64,000 nt of DNA, taken from assembly GCA_963796755.1 (NCBI GenBank), contig CAWCMX010000001.1, positions 1,625,172-1,689,171 of the forward strand. Direction: 5' to 3'. Source of the DNA: an uncultured Acidimicrobiia bacterium (GTDB lineage Bacteria; Actinomycetota; Acidimicrobiia; IMCC26256; JAENVU01). Position 1 is the stretch's first letter, and every line of letters starts with the position of its first letter. This document shows positions 1 to 14,047 of the stretch, piece by piece. Made by a program: the position numbers and the translations under genes. The notes beneath the pieces are model-generated. The model was given only the letters and a program-made list of their open reading frames with translations, searched no databases and had not been told where the DNA came from.

Positions 1-140
1 GCGACACCGCGCCGGTGTTCCAGGTGAACTACGAGTTCCACGGCAACGCCAGACGACGAGTCGGCGGCCGCGACGATCGAGGAGTACCGCATCGGGTGCA
101 CGACGTCGCCCGCGGAGTGTCCGGAGGGAAGCGCGCCTGA
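1..140 (+). CDS. nuoE: NADH-quinone oxidoreductase subunit E, C-terminal end (partial at window edge; frame seems to switch near 50 and back near 95)
   Basis: The frame starting at nt 3 reads DTAPVFQVNYEFHGN, a NuoE-type C-terminal block. The next block, DDESAAATIEEYRIG, is in another frame. TGA 138-140 overlaps the nuoF ATG (cTGATGg). Confidence 0.55.
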   Translation, partial: DTAPVFQVNYEFHGNARRRVGGRDDRGVPHRVHDVARGVSGGKRA

Positions 141-1467
141 TGGCAGTGACCGAGACGCGCATCGTCACGCAAGCGACTGCGTGAGTTCACCGAAGACTCG
201 TGGACGATGGACCGCTACCTCGCGACCGGTGGTTACGAGCAGCTGCGCAAGGCGCTGGCGATGGAGCCGGTGCAGATCCAGGACGAGCAGGTGAAGGCGT
301 CGGGTCTGCGCGGCCGCGGCGGCGCCGGCTTCGGGACCGGGCCAGAAGTGGTCCTTCCTCCCCAAGGGCATCTACCCGCGCTACCTCGCGGTGAACGGCG
401 ACGAGGGCGAGCCCTCCACGTTCAAGGACCACATGCTCCTCGAACGGGACCCGCACCAGATCGTCGAAGGGCGTGATCATCTCCGCGTTCGCGATCGAGG
501 CGCCACACGCGTTCATCTACGTGCGCGGCGAGTTCGCGCTCGGCATCGAGCGGCTGGAGCAGGCCGTCGCCGACGCGTACGCGAAGGGCTTCATCGGCAA
601 GAACATCCTCGACTCCGGCTTCGACCTCGAAGTGGTCGTGCACCGCGGCGCCGGTGCCTACATCGCCGGTGACGAGACCGGCCTGCTCTCGAGCCTCGAG
701 GGCGAGCGCGCGATGCCGCGCATCAAGCCGCCGTTCCCCGCGGTCCAGGGGCTCTACGCGAAGCCGACGGTCGTGAACAACGTCGAGACGATGTCGACGG
801 TGCCCGCACATCCTCCGCATGGGCGGCGAGGAGTACGCCAAGCTCGGCGTGGGTCGCTCCACCGGGACGCGCATCTTCTCGGTGTCGGGTCACGTCGAGC
901 GGCCCGGCAACTACGAGGTCGAGCTCGGCATGACGTTCCGCGAGCTGATCGACGAGCTCGCCGGTGGTGTGCGCGGCGGCAAGCAGATGAAGTTCTTCAT
1001 CCCGGGCGGCGCGTCGGCGCCGTGGCTGATGCCGGAGCACCTCGATGCCCCGCTCGACATGGACTACGTCGGCTCGGAGCTCAAGACGATGCTCGGCTCC
1101 GGCGCCATCATGGTGTTCGACGAAGACACCAACCCGGCGCTGGTCGCGTGGCGGCTCGCTGAAGTTCTTCGCGCACGAGAGCTGTGGCAAGTGCACGCCG
1201 TGCCGTGAGGGCTCGAGCTGGTTGGAGAAGGTCCTGTTCCGGATCTCGCACGGGCTCGGCCGCCCGCAGGACCTGGACATGATGCTGTCGTTCGGCTCGA
1301 CGATCGTCCCCGGGCTCAACGCGCCGTTCGCCCAGACCACCATCTGCGCGATGGGGCCGAGCACGATGTCGGCGGTGGTCAGCCTCGACCGCTTCTTCCG
1401 CGAGGAGATCCTCGAGATGTGCAACGCCTCCGACGCCCGCCCAACGATCCCGGTGACGAGCGCATGA
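140..1467 (+). pseudogene. nuoF: NADH-quinone oxidoreductase subunit F (frame-disrupted as given, about 5 frame switches)
   Basis: Fragments in ORFs 207-476, 391-672, 473-1162, 819-1208 and 1045-1467 join into one NuoF ([34 protein letters not shown]). Switches lie near 175, 340, 470, 810 and 1150. Confidence 0.85.
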
Positions 1468-4276
1468 GCGCCAGCGAGCGTCCGCCCGGCGTGCCGATGA
1501 GCCAGTGGCCGTCGGCGTACGACTACGTGCTGCCGACCGGTGCGCCGGCGATCGGTGACCGTCACGATCGACGGCCGCGAGGTGCAGGCGAAGACCGGTG
1601 ACCTCCTGATCAAGGTCGCCCAGGACCACGGCACCTACATCCCGCGCTTCTGTTACCACGAGCGCATGAAGCCGGTCGGCATGTGCCGGATGTGCCTGGT
1701 CGAGGTCGAGGGCATGCGGGGCCTGCAGATCTCGTGCGCGACGGTCGGTCGCGGACGGCATGGTCGTGCACACGCAGGTCCGACGCGGCCCGCCAGGCCC
1801 AGGACGGCGTCCTCGAGCTCCTCCTGATCAACCACCCGCTCGACTGCCCGGTCTGTGACCGCGGCGGCGAGTGCCCGCTGCAGGACACCACGCTCGCGTT
1901 CGGCCCCGGCGAGTCGCGCTTCGTCGAGGAGAAGCGCCACTGGGAGAAGCCGATCCCGATCTCGCGACCTCGTCCTGCTCGACCGCGAGCGGTGCATCCA
2001 GTGCGGTCGCTGCACGCGGTTCGCGGACGAGATCGCCGGCGACCCGCTGATCGCCTTCGGCGGGCGCGGCGAACCACACCGAGGTCATCACCAACCCGGC
2101 GGACCCGTTCACGTCGTACTTCTCGGGCAACACGGTGCAGATCTGCCCGGTCGGCGCGCTCACCGCGACGCCGTACCGCTTCCGGGCCCGCCCGTGGGAC
2201 CTGAGCGCGGTCGAGACGAGCTGCACGACGTGCTCGGTGCACTGCCGCGGCGCGCTCGGAGTCGAGCTCGAACCAGCTCGTCCGCCTGCTCGGCGTGGAC
2301 AGCGAGCCGGTGAACCAGGGCTGGCTGTGCGACAAGGGTCGGTTCGGCTACGAGGGCGTGCACTCGGAGGAGCGGTCCGCCAGCCGATGGTGCGCAAGGG
2401 CGGCGAGCTGGTCGAGTGCTCGTGGCCGGAGGCGCTCGACGCCGCGGCCGAGGGCCTCCAGCGCGCGCTGGACCTCAACGGCCCGCAGTCCGGTCGCGCT
2501 GCTCGGTGGCGGCGCGCGGCACGAACGAGGACGCCTACGTCTGGGCCCGCTTCGCCAAGGGGGTCGTCGGCACGGACAACGTCGACGCCCAGCTCGGTGA
2601 CGGGCTCCCCGCCGAGGTCGCGCTCGGGCTTGCCCGACGCGACGATCCCGGACCTCGACACTGCCGCGGCGATCGTGCGTGATCGGGCTCGACCTCAAAG
2701 AAGAGGTTCCCGTCCTCTACCTGCGGGTGCAAGCGGGCCGCGGAAGAGCTCGGTGTGCCCGCTCATCGAGCTCGCGCCCCGGGACCGGGGCCTGACCCGC
2801 TACGCGAACGCATCGATCCGCTCGCTGCCCGGCGAGCAGGGCGACCTGGCCCACCGTCTGGCCGCCGCGACTCGGCGGGGAGCCGTCGAAGCGACCCCGA
2901 GATGGCGCAGGCCGCCGCCCTGCTGGAAGGCCGTGAGGGCAACATCGTCGTGGTGATCGGCCGGGGTGACCTGGCCGAGTCCGCAGACGCCACGGTGCGC
3001 GGCCGCCGCGGCGCTCGCGTCGCTGCCGAACGCGCGGTTCCTCGTCGCGCTGCGGCGCGGCAACGTGCCGCGGCGCGCTGGACCTCGGCCTCACCCCGGG
3101 CTTCCTCCCCGGCCGGGTGACCCTCGACGCCGGCCGGGAGTGGTTCGGCGACGCCTGGGGCTCGGTGCCGGAGCGCCGGGGCCTCGACGCCGCCGGCATC
3201 CTCGCCGCGTCGCAACAGGGTCGCATCCACGCGCTGCTGCTGCTCGGCACGGACCCGCAGGACGACTTCCCGGACCACTCGCTGGCCGAGGGTGCGCTGA
3301 ACGCGGCGGGGTTCACGATCGCGATCGACACCTTCATCACGGACAGCACCAAGCGCGCCGACGTCTTCCTGCCCGTCACGATGTGGGGCGAGAAGACCGG
3401 CAGCGTCACGAACCTCGAGGGCCGGGTGCAGCGCGTCGGCCAGAAGGTCTCGCCCGACGGCACCCCGATGCCCGACTGGCGGATCGCCGCCGAGCTCGCG
3501 CTCCGGCTCGGCGCCGACTTCGACCTCGAGACGGTCGAGGAGATGCAGGACGAGATCGCTCGACTCGCGCCCGCCTACGCGGGCGTCGACGCCAAGCTCC
3601 TCGCCGGGCCACCGATGGCGTCGTGCTCCCGCTCGCCGACCACCGTGATGCGCTCGTGCTCGGCCCGGTCGCGATCCCGCGTGACCGCCGCGTCGTGGGA
3701 GCCGATCCTGCCCGGGGTTGCGGGTGAGGAGACCCATGCATCGGCCCAGGGCAGCGGGGTCGTGGCGTCCTCGGGGACCGGCGCCGCGGCGATCATCGAG
3801 CCGGGTCTCTCCGAGACCGCGCTGCCGCCAGCGGACCCCGAGCTCGAAGCGGTCGAGGCGCAGGCCGACGCGGCGGCCGAGCAGGGCCCACCGCCGGAGC
3901 TGCACCGGTTCTCCGGCGAGGCGCCGACCGGCGACACCCCGCGGCACGCGACGCGTACGCTCTCCGCCTCGTGACGGGTCGCACGCTCTACGACGGGGGG
4001 ATCGCGGTCGCGGCCTCGGATCGCTTGGCCGTGCTCGTGGGCGAGCCGGTGCTCCTGATCCATCCCCAGGATCGTGATCGCATCGGGGTGGAGGACGGCG
4101 ACCGAGGTCAAGGTGACGTCCTCGCGCGGTTCGCTCGACGCTCGCGGTGCGGGCCGACGCCGCGATCTCGGCGGGGACCGCGTACCTCCCGTTCAACCTG
4201 CCGGGTGGCGGGGTCGGCGAGCTGGTGGACCTCGAGCGCGGGCGTCACGGATCTCCGGGTGGAGTCGATCAAGTGA
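1464..4276 (+). pseudogene. nuoG: NADH-quinone oxidoreductase subunit G (frame-disrupted as given, at least 12 frame switches)
   Basis: Motifs present: [61 protein letters not shown], then a molybdopterin-like domain. These blocks are scattered over many ORF fragments. ATGA overlap with the nuoF stop and GTGA overlap with the nuoH start. Confidence 0.85.
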
Positions 4277-5476
4277 TCCTCGCCGCGGATCCGCTCTTCA
4301 AGAACGGCGTCGACGGTGGCGTGCGTGCTGATCGTCATCGGCAAGACGGTCGTCGTCTTCGCGCTGCTGCTGGTGCTCGTCCTGCTCTACATCTGGTTCC
4401 TGCGCAAGGTCATCGCCGGACATGCAGAACCGGATCGGCCCGGAGCGCGCGGGTCCGTTCGGCGTGCTCCAGTCGCTCGCCGACGGCATCAAGCTGTTCT
4501 TCAAGGAGCAGTCGGTTCCGGACCAGGCCGACAGCTTCGTCTTCAAGCTCGCGCCCTACCTCTCGGCGATCCCCGCGTTCATCGCGTTCTCGATCGTGCC
4601 CATCGGCGGCGAGGTCTCGATCGCCGGTCACGAGACCTACCTGCAGCTCGCCGACCCGGCGATCGGCGTGCTCCTGCTTGCTCGCGATGTCCGGGCGTCG
4701 GGCTCTACGGCGTGATGCTCGCGGGCTGGTCGAGCGGCTCGAAGTACCCGCTGCTCGGGTCGGTGCGGGCCTCGGCCCAGCTCATCTCCTACGAAGCGGC
4801 GTTCGGGCTCGCGATCGTCGGCGTGCTCCTCTACTCGCAGACGCTGTCGACCCGCGGCATCGTGAACGGCCAGGCCTGGACGAGCTGGCACTCGTTCGTG
4901 AGCCAGTGGTACTGGGCGCCGGCCATCGTCGCGTTCCTCATCTTCCTGATCGCCGCGATCGCCGAGACGAACCACCCGCCGTTCGACCTCGTCGAGGCCG
5001 AGCAGGAGCTCGTCGGTGGCTTCCACACCGAGTACACCGGCATCCGGTTCGGCATCTTCTTCCTGGCCGAATTCATGAACCTGATCACGATGTCGGCGAT
5101 CGCGGTCACGCTGTTCCTCGGCGGCCCGTCCGGTCCCGCGCTCGGCTTCCTGCCCGCGTCGGGCACCGTGAACGTCTGGATCATGCCGGTCTTCTGGTTC
5201 TTCCTGAAGCTCGTGATCCTGCTCTACGGCACGGTGTGGGTGCGCGCGTCGCTGCCCCGCCTGCGGTATGACCAGCTGATGGACCTCGGGTGGAAGTGGC
5301 TCATCGAGCTCGCGTTCCTCTGGGTCATGGTGTCGGCGGTGATCCTCGTCGGTCGTGAAGAGCACTGGGACCGCCTGGTCGTCGTCCCGGCCGCGGTGCT
5401 CGGAGCGATCTTCGTCCTCGGGTTCCTCCGGCTGTGCATGCCGAAGCCAGGCGAGATCCTGGACGAGGTCTACTGA
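4273..5476 (+). pseudogene. nuoH: NADH-quinone oxidoreductase subunit H (frame-disrupted as given, about 3 switches)
   Basis: Motifs MQNRIGPERAGPFGVLQSLADGIKLFFKE and GWSSGSKYPLLGSVRASAQLISYE. Switches near 4315, 4420 and 4685. The stop overlaps the nuoI ATG. Confidence 0.85.
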
Positions 5477-6078
5477 TGGGTCGGTTCAGCGGCTTCGGCG
5501 TCACGATCCGGCAGGTCTTCAAGAAGCCGGTCACCACCCGCTACCCGAAGGAGAAGCGGCCGAAGGCGGAGCGCTTCCACGGACGGCACGTGCTCAACCG
5601 CTACGACGACGGCATGGAGAAGTGCATCGGCTGCGAGCTGTGCGCCGGCGTGTGCCCGGCGCAGTGCATCTACGTGCGCGGCGCCGACAACCCGCCCGAC
5701 GCGCCGGTCTCGCCGGGTGAGCGCTACGGCTTCGTCTACGAGATCAACTACCTGCGCTGCATCCACTGCGACCTCTGCGTCGAGGCGTGCCCGACCGAGG
5801 CGATCACCGAGACGAAGCTGTTCGAGTTCTCCTTCGCGAACCGCGCCGACGCGATCTACACGAAGAACGAGCTGCTCGTGGACGACGACGGGCGGGCCCA
5901 GCGCCAGCCGTGGGAGCTGTGGCTCGGCGGTGAGGACGACGAGACCAGCGCGTGGATGCGGGCGACGTCGCCGTCGGGCTCGGCCGCCTACGAGGGCCGG
6001 ATCGTCTGGTCGAGCGAGCTCGGCTTCGGCTACCGCCAGCCCGAGCAGGGTCAGCGCCGGAAGAAGTCGGAAAGCTGA
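5476..6078 (+). CDS. nuoI: NADH-quinone oxidoreductase subunit I (intact)
   Basis: Two 4Fe-4S motifs, [12 protein letters not shown] and [12 protein letters not shown]. The ATG overlaps the nuoH TGA. The C-terminal tail is longer than usual. Confidence 0.9.
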   Translation: MGRFSGFGVTIRQVFKKPVTTRYPKEKRPKAERFHGRHVLNRYDDGMEKCIGCELCAGVCPAQCIYVRGADNPPDAPVSPGERYGFVYEINYLRCIHCDLCVEACPTEAITETKLFEFSFANRADAIYTKNELLVDDDGRAQRQPWELWLGGEDDETSAWMRATSPSGSAAYEGRIVWSSELGFGYRQPEQGQRRKKSES

Positions 6079-6690
6079 TGGCCGAGTTCGTGATCTTCTT
6101 CATCATGGCGGCCGTCGCGCTGGTTGCCGCGATCGGCATGGTGCTCGGCGCGCAACCCGGTGCACTCCGCGCTGCTCGCTCGTCACCGTGCTGATCGCGA
6201 TCGCGGTGATGTTCCTGCTCCAGGACGCGCAGCTGCTCGCCGCGGTGCAGATCATCGTCTACGCCGGCGCGATCGTCGTCCTGTTCCTGTTCGTGATCAT
6301 GTTGCTCGGGGTCGACAAGAGCGAGTCCATCGCACGACCCGATCCGGGGTCAGCGGCCCGCCGCGATCGTGCTCGGGGTGATCGCCCTCGCCGAGGTGCT
6401 CTTCCTCGCCGGGCACCACTGGGCGACCGGGAGCTCGAGCGGCCCGGGGCTGAGCTCGGGCCCGGGCGGCAACGTCGAGCGGGTCGCGCGATCGCTGTTC
6501 ACGACGTTCCTCTGGCCGTTCGAAGTCACGGCGATCCTGCTCGTCGTCGCCGTGGTCGGTGGCGTGGTGCTCGCCCGGCGCAGCGGTCTCGGCGCCCGAG
6601 CAGGAGTACGAGCTCGAGCGGGACGACGACGACACCACGGCCAGTGACTCGCCGGGCCCCGAGTCCACGAGCGAGGTGACGACGCCATGA
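6078..6690 (+). pseudogene. nuoJ: NADH-quinone oxidoreductase subunit J (frame-disrupted as given, about 4 switches)
   Basis: Blocks [77 protein letters not shown] and FTTFLWPFEVTAILLVVAVVGG lie in different frames. The inferred stop TGA 6688-6690 overlaps the nuoK ATG. Confidence 0.8.
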
Positions 6691-7010
6691 GCCTCGCCTC
6701 GGTGCACCTCACCGACTCCTACTACCTCACGTTCGCGGCCGTGCTCTTCACCATCGGCGCGGTCGGGCTGCTCATCCGCCGCAACGTCCTGGTGATGTTC
6801 ATGTGCGTCGAGCTCATGCTCAACGCGGTCAACCTCACCTTCGTGACCTTCGCGAAGACCCTGGACGACATCCGCGGTCAGGCGATCGTGTTCTTCGTGC
6901 TCGTCGTCGCGGCCGCCGAGGTCGCGGTCGGGCTCGCCATCATCGTGGCCATCTTCCGGCGCCGCCGGGGCGGGGCGACCGCCGACGACATCGACCTGTT
7001 GAGAGGCTGA
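6687..7010 (+). CDS. nuoK: NADH-quinone oxidoreductase subunit K (intact)
   Basis: 107-aa ORF with three TM segments and the motif [16 protein letters not shown]. Confidence 0.9.
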   Translation: MSLASVHLTDSYYLTFAAVLFTIGAVGLLIRRNVLVMFMCVELMLNAVNLTFVTFAKTLDDIRGQAIVFFVLVVAAAEVAVGLAIIVAIFRRRRGGATADDIDLLRG

Positions 7011-7037
7011 CGTGGCGCATCGACTGAGGGGCCGCTG

Positions 7038-9132
7038 GTGAGCGCGCCGCGATCTCCTCGACACCGTCTGGCTGGTTCCCGCGCTCCCGCTGTTCGGCGC
7101 GGTGCTGCTGCTGCTCGTGGGCAAGCGCATCGGCGCGCCGCGGGCCGGCTGGATCGCGGCAGGACTCCTCGGGCTCGCGTTCGTCTGGTCGGTCGTGATG
7201 TTCGCGGCGATGCTCAGCCTGCCGGACAACGCGCGCAGCAACACGGTGAACCTCTTCACCTGGTTCCCGGCCGGCGCGTTGCGGGTGAACATCGGATTCC
7301 TCACCGACCCGCTCTCGGTGACGTGGATCATGCTGGTCACCGGCGTCGGCTCGCTCATCCACCTGTACGCCATCGGCTACATGAAGGGCGACCCGCGCTT
7401 CACCCGCTTCTTCGCCTATCTCAACCTGTTCGCGGCGTCGATGCTCATCCTCGTCCTGGGCAGCAGCTTCCTCGTGACCTTCCTGGGTTGGGAAGGAGTC
7501 GGGCTCTGCTCCTACCTGCTCATCTCGCACTGGTTCGAGCGGGATCGGGCGGCGGTCGCGGGCAAGAAGGCATTCGTCGCCAACCGGGTCGGCGACTTCG
7601 GGTTCATGATCGCGATGTTCTTCATCATCTCGAGCGTCGGGAGCCTCGACTACTCGAGGATCGCCCCGGCCCTGAAGACCGGCATCCCGCACACCACGGT
7701 CACGGCGATCGCGGTGCTGCTCTTCGTCGGCTGCGTCGGCAAGAGCGCGCAGATCCCGTTGCACATCTGGCTGCCCGACGCCATGGAGGGCCCCACCCCG
7801 GTCTCCGCGCTCATCCACGCGGCGACGATGGTCACCGCGGGCATCTACCTGGTCTGCCGCGCGCACCTGTTCTTCGACGCCAGCGGCGACGCGCTCACTG
7901 TCGTGGCGTGGGTCGGGGCGATCACCGCGCTGCTCGCCGGCACCGCCGCGCTCGTCCAGCCCGACATCAAGAAGGTGCTGGCGTACTCGACGATCAGCCA
8001 GCTCGGCTACATGTTCCTCGCCTGCGGTCTGCACGCGTACCAGGCCGCGGTGTTCATGGTGCTCGCACACGCTTGCTACAAGGGCACGCTCTTCCTCGGC
8101 GCCGGTTCGGTGATCCACGGCAACGAGGACAACCAGGACCTGCGAAGAATGGGCGGGCTGCGAAAGCTCATGCCGTTCACTGCGTTCGCGTTCGTCGCTC
8201 GCGTTCCTCGCGATCAGCGGCATCCCACCACTTCCGGCTTCTTCGCCAAGGACGAGATCATCTCGGACAGCTTCTTCTCGAGCGACTACATCCTGTGGAT
8301 CATCGCGGTGGCGGCCGCCGCGATCACGGCGATCTACATGACCCGCGAGACGCTGCTGACGTTCTTCGGCAACGAGCGGTTCCGCGCCGCGCTCGGCGCG
8401 AACCCGGTCGTTGGTGGCGAGGAAGCGAAGCCGCGCCGGCCGAGGCACCGGCGATGGCGCACGCGGCAGTGGAAGCCCACGACGACCACGGCATCCACGA
8501 GATCTCGCCGATCTCGCCGACCGTCGACTACGGCAACCCACCCGCCCCGGCGAGGCTCATCCACGATCCGCACGAGATGCCGTGGACGATGGTCCTCCCG
8601 TCGATCATCCTCGCGGTGCTGGCCGCGGTGATCGGGTTCATCAACCTGCCGTTCACCAACTTCGAGTTCCTCACCGACTGGCTCGACCCGGTGTTCCGCG
8701 GCGTCACCGAGCCGGGCGCGAGCTCGTTCGTCCAGGGGGCGACGCTCGACGTCGTCTCCGTCACGATCGCGTGCGTCGGCATCTTCTTCGCGTGGACGAT
8801 GTACCGGCGCGGCCTCGCCGATCCCGAGGTCGACCCACTCGACAAGCCGGCTCGGGCCGTTCGGCAAGCTGTTCGGTCACGCGTACTACTACGACGAGGG
8901 GATCGCCCGGCTGGTCGGCGGGCCCGCTGCGGGCCGGCGCGCACTGGCTGGCGACGACCTTCGACCTCGGCATCATCGACGGCGCGGTGAACGGCATCGC
9001 CCGGCTCGTGCGCGGCGCCGCACACGGTCTGCGCAAGACGCAGACCGGGCTCGTGCGCCAGTACACGCTCGGGATCGTGCTCGGCGTCGTGCTCCTGCAT
9101 GCTCTACGCGCCTGGCCCGAGCGGGCTTCTAG

Positions 9133-9136
<4 letters not shown>
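7038..9136 (+). pseudogene. nuoL: NADH-quinone oxidoreductase subunit L (frame-disrupted as given, at least 7 switches; start uncertain 7012-7045)
   Basis: Motifs LLDTVWLVPALPLFGAVLLLL, GWEGVGLCSYLLISHWF, AQIPLHIWLPDAMEGPTPVSALIHAATMV and STISQLGYMF. A compensated pair lies near 8195/8235. A TAG at 9130-9132 abutting the nuoM ATG is the likely true stop. Confidence 0.8.
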
Positions 9137-10694
<1,558 letters not shown>

Positions 10695-10698
<4 letters not shown>

Positions 10699-12232
10699 TC
10701 GCCGCGGTCCAGACGCCCGGCATCAACTGGACCGGCATCGCGCCCGTCATCTGCCTGGTCGCGGCCGCGTTGATCATCATCATGCTGAAGGCGGTCTTCC
10801 GTCGCGACTCGCGCGGTCTACGACGCCGCCGTCGCGCGTGGCGGCCGTCGGCATCGCGTCGTCGGGCTACTTCCTCTGGCGGCTCTGGCACAACATCCAC
10901 GACAGCGGCCCGTACCTGACCCTCTCGAAGATGGTCGGCGATCGACGGGTTCTCGGTGTTCCTCGGCACCGTCGTGCTCGCCGCCGCGCTGATGGTCCTC
11001 CTCCTCTCGAGCGAGTACCTGGAGCGCCGCGGCATCGCGTCCCGGCCCGAGTACCTGGCGCTCCTGCTCTTCTCCGCGGCCGGCATGCTCGTCATGACCA
11101 CGGCGAACGACCTGATCGTGATCTTCGTGGCGCTCGAGGCGCTGTCGATCCCGCTCTACGTGCTCGCGGCCTACGACCGGAACCGGCGCCGCTCGCTCGA
11201 GGCCGGCATGAAGTACTTCGTGCTCGGTGCGTTCTCCTCCGCGGTCTTCCTCTACGGCATCGCGCTGGTCTACGGCGCGACCGGCACCACGTCGCTGTCG
11301 GGCATCGCCACGTTCCTGGCAAACGTCTCGCTGGTGGACAGCGGCACGCTGCTCGCCGGCCTGATGCTCCTGCTGGTCGGGCTCGGCTTCAAGATCGGCG
11401 CGGTCCCGTTCCACATGTGGACGCCGGACGTCTACGAGGGATCACCGACGCCGGTCACCGCGTTCATGTCCTCGGCCACCAAGGCCGCGGGGTTCGCGGC
11501 GCTCCTGCGGGTCCTGCTCACCGCGTTCGACGGCTACTCAGGCCGACTGGCGCCCGGCGATCTGGGCGCTGGCGATCCTCACCCTGCTGGTCGGCAGCTT
11601 CGTGCGCCCTGGTGCAGACCGACATCAAGCGGATGCTGGCCTACTCGTCGATCAGCCACGCCGGCTACATCCTGATCGGGATCGAGGCCGGGCACCAAGC
11701 AGGGACTGCGGGCCGCCCTCTTCTACCTCTTCGTCTACACGTTCATGACGATCGGGTCGTTCGCGATCGTGGCGGTGATCGGTCGTCGCGACGACCGGCA
11801 CAGCATCTCGGACTACCGCGCCCTCGCGACCCGACAACCACTGATCGCGGGGCTCCTCGCCTTCTTCCTGCTGGCCCAGGCGGGCATCCCGCCCACCGGC
11901 GGGTTCATCGCGAAGCTGGGCGTGTTCGCCTCGGTGGCGAACAACCCGGCGTTCGCGGACCAGCGGGGGCTGTCCTACTCCCTGCTGGTCGTCGGGCGTG
12001 ATCGCCTCGGTCGATCTCGGCCTACTTCTACCTGCGGGTCATCATCGTCATGTACTCCTCCGAGGCCGACGCGCCCGAAGGCGAGGAGGCGGCGCGGGGC
12101 AAGGCACCCGCGATCAGCATCGACGTCCCGACCGGCGTGGTGCTCTTCGTCTGCGCCGCGATGACCCTCTGGGTCGGCATCCTGCCGTCGGTCATCCTCG
12201 ATTTCGCCCGCGACGCCAGGCTCATCTTCTAG
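10695..12232 (+). pseudogene. nuoN: NADH-quinone oxidoreductase subunit N (frame-disrupted as given, about 7 switches)
   Basis: Motifs MIAAVQTPGINWTGIAPVICL, DLIVIFVALEALSIPLYVLAAY, GAVPFHMWTPDVYEGSPTPVTAFMS and TDIKRMLAYSSISHAGYIL. Ends LDFARDARLIF followed by TAG 12230-12232. Confidence 0.8.
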
Positions 12233-12281
12233 ACCGCGAGCGACGCGTGGTCCGGCCAGCAAAATCAGGGCGGTTTCCGGT

Positions 12282-12312
12282 TTGTCGGTTCGCGAAAGCG
12301 CGGACGTATACT
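12282..12312 (+). promoter_or_regulatory. candidate promoter of the second nuo operon (TTGTCG-N19-TATACT)
   Basis: TATACT at 12307-12312 lies 39 nt upstream of the nuoA GTG. The -35-like TTGTCG is at 12282-12287, and a 19-nt spacer is long. The site sits in a 118-nt gap between the two operons. Confidence 0.3.
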
Positions 12313-12350
12313 CGCCCGGACCAGCCGCATTCGTGGTGGAGAGGGCTCGC

Positions 12351-12713
12351 GTGACGGAGTACTACCGGGAGTACCTCGCGGTCGCCGTGCTGATGGGCGC
12401 CGCGCTGGCGATGGTGGGCGGCATCCTCCTGCTGGGCAAGATGCTGCGGCCCGTGCACCCCCAGGCCGAGAAGTACGTTACCTACGAGGCGGGCTCGGAT
12501 CCGGTCGGGGGCTGGGGCCAGTCGAACGTGCGCTACTACGTGTACGCGCTGCTGTTCGTGATGTTCGACGTCGAAGCGGTGTTCATCTTCCCGTGGGCGA
12601 TCCAGCTCGAGGCGCTCGGGGTCCAGGCCCTCATCTCGATGATCGTCTTCATCGGCATCCTCGCTCTCGGCCTCGTCTACGCCTGGCGCAAGGGAGTGCT
12701 CCGGTGGGCCTGA
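12351..12713 (+). CDS. nuoA: NADH-quinone oxidoreductase subunit A (second operon)
   Basis: GTG start preceded by GGAGAGGG. Motifs [38 protein letters not shown]. The ORF-track start at 12282 is probably too far upstream. Confidence 0.85.
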   Translation: MTEYYREYLAVAVLMGAALAMVGGILLLGKMLRPVHPQAEKYVTYEAGSDPVGGWGQSNVRYYVYALLFVMFDVEAVFIFPWAIQLEALGVQALISMIVFIGILALGLVYAWRKGVLRWA

Positions 12714-13231
12714 TCGAGAAGGGCGTCATGGGCAAGAAGCCCCTGAAGCCCGTCACCTGGCTCCTGAATTACAGCCGGAAGTACTCACTGTGGATGTTCC
12801 AGTGGGGCCTGGCGTGCTGCGCGATCGAGATGGGCGCGGCGCTGGCCAGCCCGCGCTACGACATGATGCGCCTCGGCGTCATCCCGTTCCCGGCGAGCCC
12901 CCGCCAGGCCGACCTCGTGGTGATCTCGGGCACCGTCACGGACAAGATGGCGCCGGCGATCAAGCGGCTCTACGAGCAGATGCCGGACCCGAAGTACGTG
13001 ATCTCGATGGGCTCGTGCGCGAACTGCGGCGGCCCGTACTGGGACTCGTACTCGGTGACCAAGGGCGTCGACCAGATCATCCCGGTGGACATCTACATCC
13101 CCGGCTGCCCGCCCCGGCCCGAGGCGCTGCTCCAGGCGGTCGTCATGCTGCAGGAGCGGATCCAGAACGAGGGCATCGGCAACGACGAGCTCGCCGCTCG
13201 TTGGCGTGGGGAGCCGATCTTCATTGGCTGA
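12704..13231 (+). CDS. nuoB: NADH-quinone oxidoreductase subunit B (second operon)
   Basis: Motifs [21 protein letters not shown] and [11 protein letters not shown]. The GTG overlaps the nuoA 3' end. An alternative ATG lies at 12728. Confidence 0.9.
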   Translation: MGLIEKGVMGKKPLKPVTWLLNYSRKYSLWMFQWGLACCAIEMGAALASPRYDMMRLGVIPFPASPRQADLVVISGTVTDKMAPAIKRLYEQMPDPKYVISMGSCANCGGPYWDSYSVTKGVDQIIPVDIYIPGCPPRPEALLQAVVMLQERIQNEGIGNDELAARWRGEPIFIG

Positions 13232-13959
13232 CGAGCCGACCCCCGACGCCGTGGCCGAGTCCGAGGAGGCCCCCGAGGCCGAGCCCGAAGCCGAGGTTGC
13301 CGCGGAGCCCGAACCGGAGCCCGAGCTCGACCCGGTGGTGGCGGACCTGCTCGAGCGCATCACCGGTGAGCTCGGCGACGCGATCCTCGGTTCCGCCGAC
13401 TCGTTCGGCACGCTCGTCATCCGGGTGCGGCCCGACGAGTGGCGCCACGCGGCCGAGTACGCGAAGCGCGCGCTGGACTGCGACTACCTCTCGTACGTCG
13501 CGGGCATCGACTGGCAGCCCGCGGAGAAGCTCGTCAGCGAGGACAGCGGCGACACGTCCACGCCGGCGCAACCGAGCGAGATGACGCCCGGTCTGGCGGC
13601 GGGCCGCCGGTCGGTTCCAGGTGCTCGCGTACGTCCAGTCGACCACGAAGCACTGGGGCCTCACCCTCAAGGCCGACGTCGACGAGGCGTCTCCTCACCT
13701 CGCGAGCTGGGTGCCCGTCTACCCCGGCGCCGACTGGCACGAGCGGGAGTGCTGGGAGATGTACGGGATCGTGTTCGACGGTCACCCGAGCCTGCGCCAC
13801 CTGTACCTGCCGGCGGAGTTCGAGGGTCACCCGTTGCGCAAGGACTTCCCGCTGCTCGCGCGTGAAGTGAAGCCGTGGCCCGGGATCGTCGACGTCGAGC
13901 CGATGCCGGGCGAGGACGCCCCGGCCGTCGAAGCAGCAACCGCGGAGGTGGAGGCATGA
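13224..13959 (+). pseudogene. nuoC: NADH-quinone oxidoreductase subunit C (second operon; one frame switch near 13605; start uncertain)
   Basis: An acidic PE-rich N-terminus is followed by FGTLVIRVRPDEW, and in a second frame by YPGADWHERECWEMYGIVFDGHPSLRHLYLP. Confidence 0.8.
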
Positions 13960-14047
13960 GCGAAGCGATGACACCGCACGGCCAGTGCCGCACAACCAGC
14001 GGAGCGGGGCCCGAGCGGCCCGGCCCGAAGGGCCAGGAGCGGGAGCG

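Noticed and set aside
7012-7041. A GTG at 7012 in the same frame as the main nuoL body, interrupted by an in-frame TGA at 7039-7041, considered as a recoded or selenocysteine start region.
   Set aside because: There is no SECIS-like context, and the region is in the most error-dense part of the window. A simple base or indel error near the true start is more likely.
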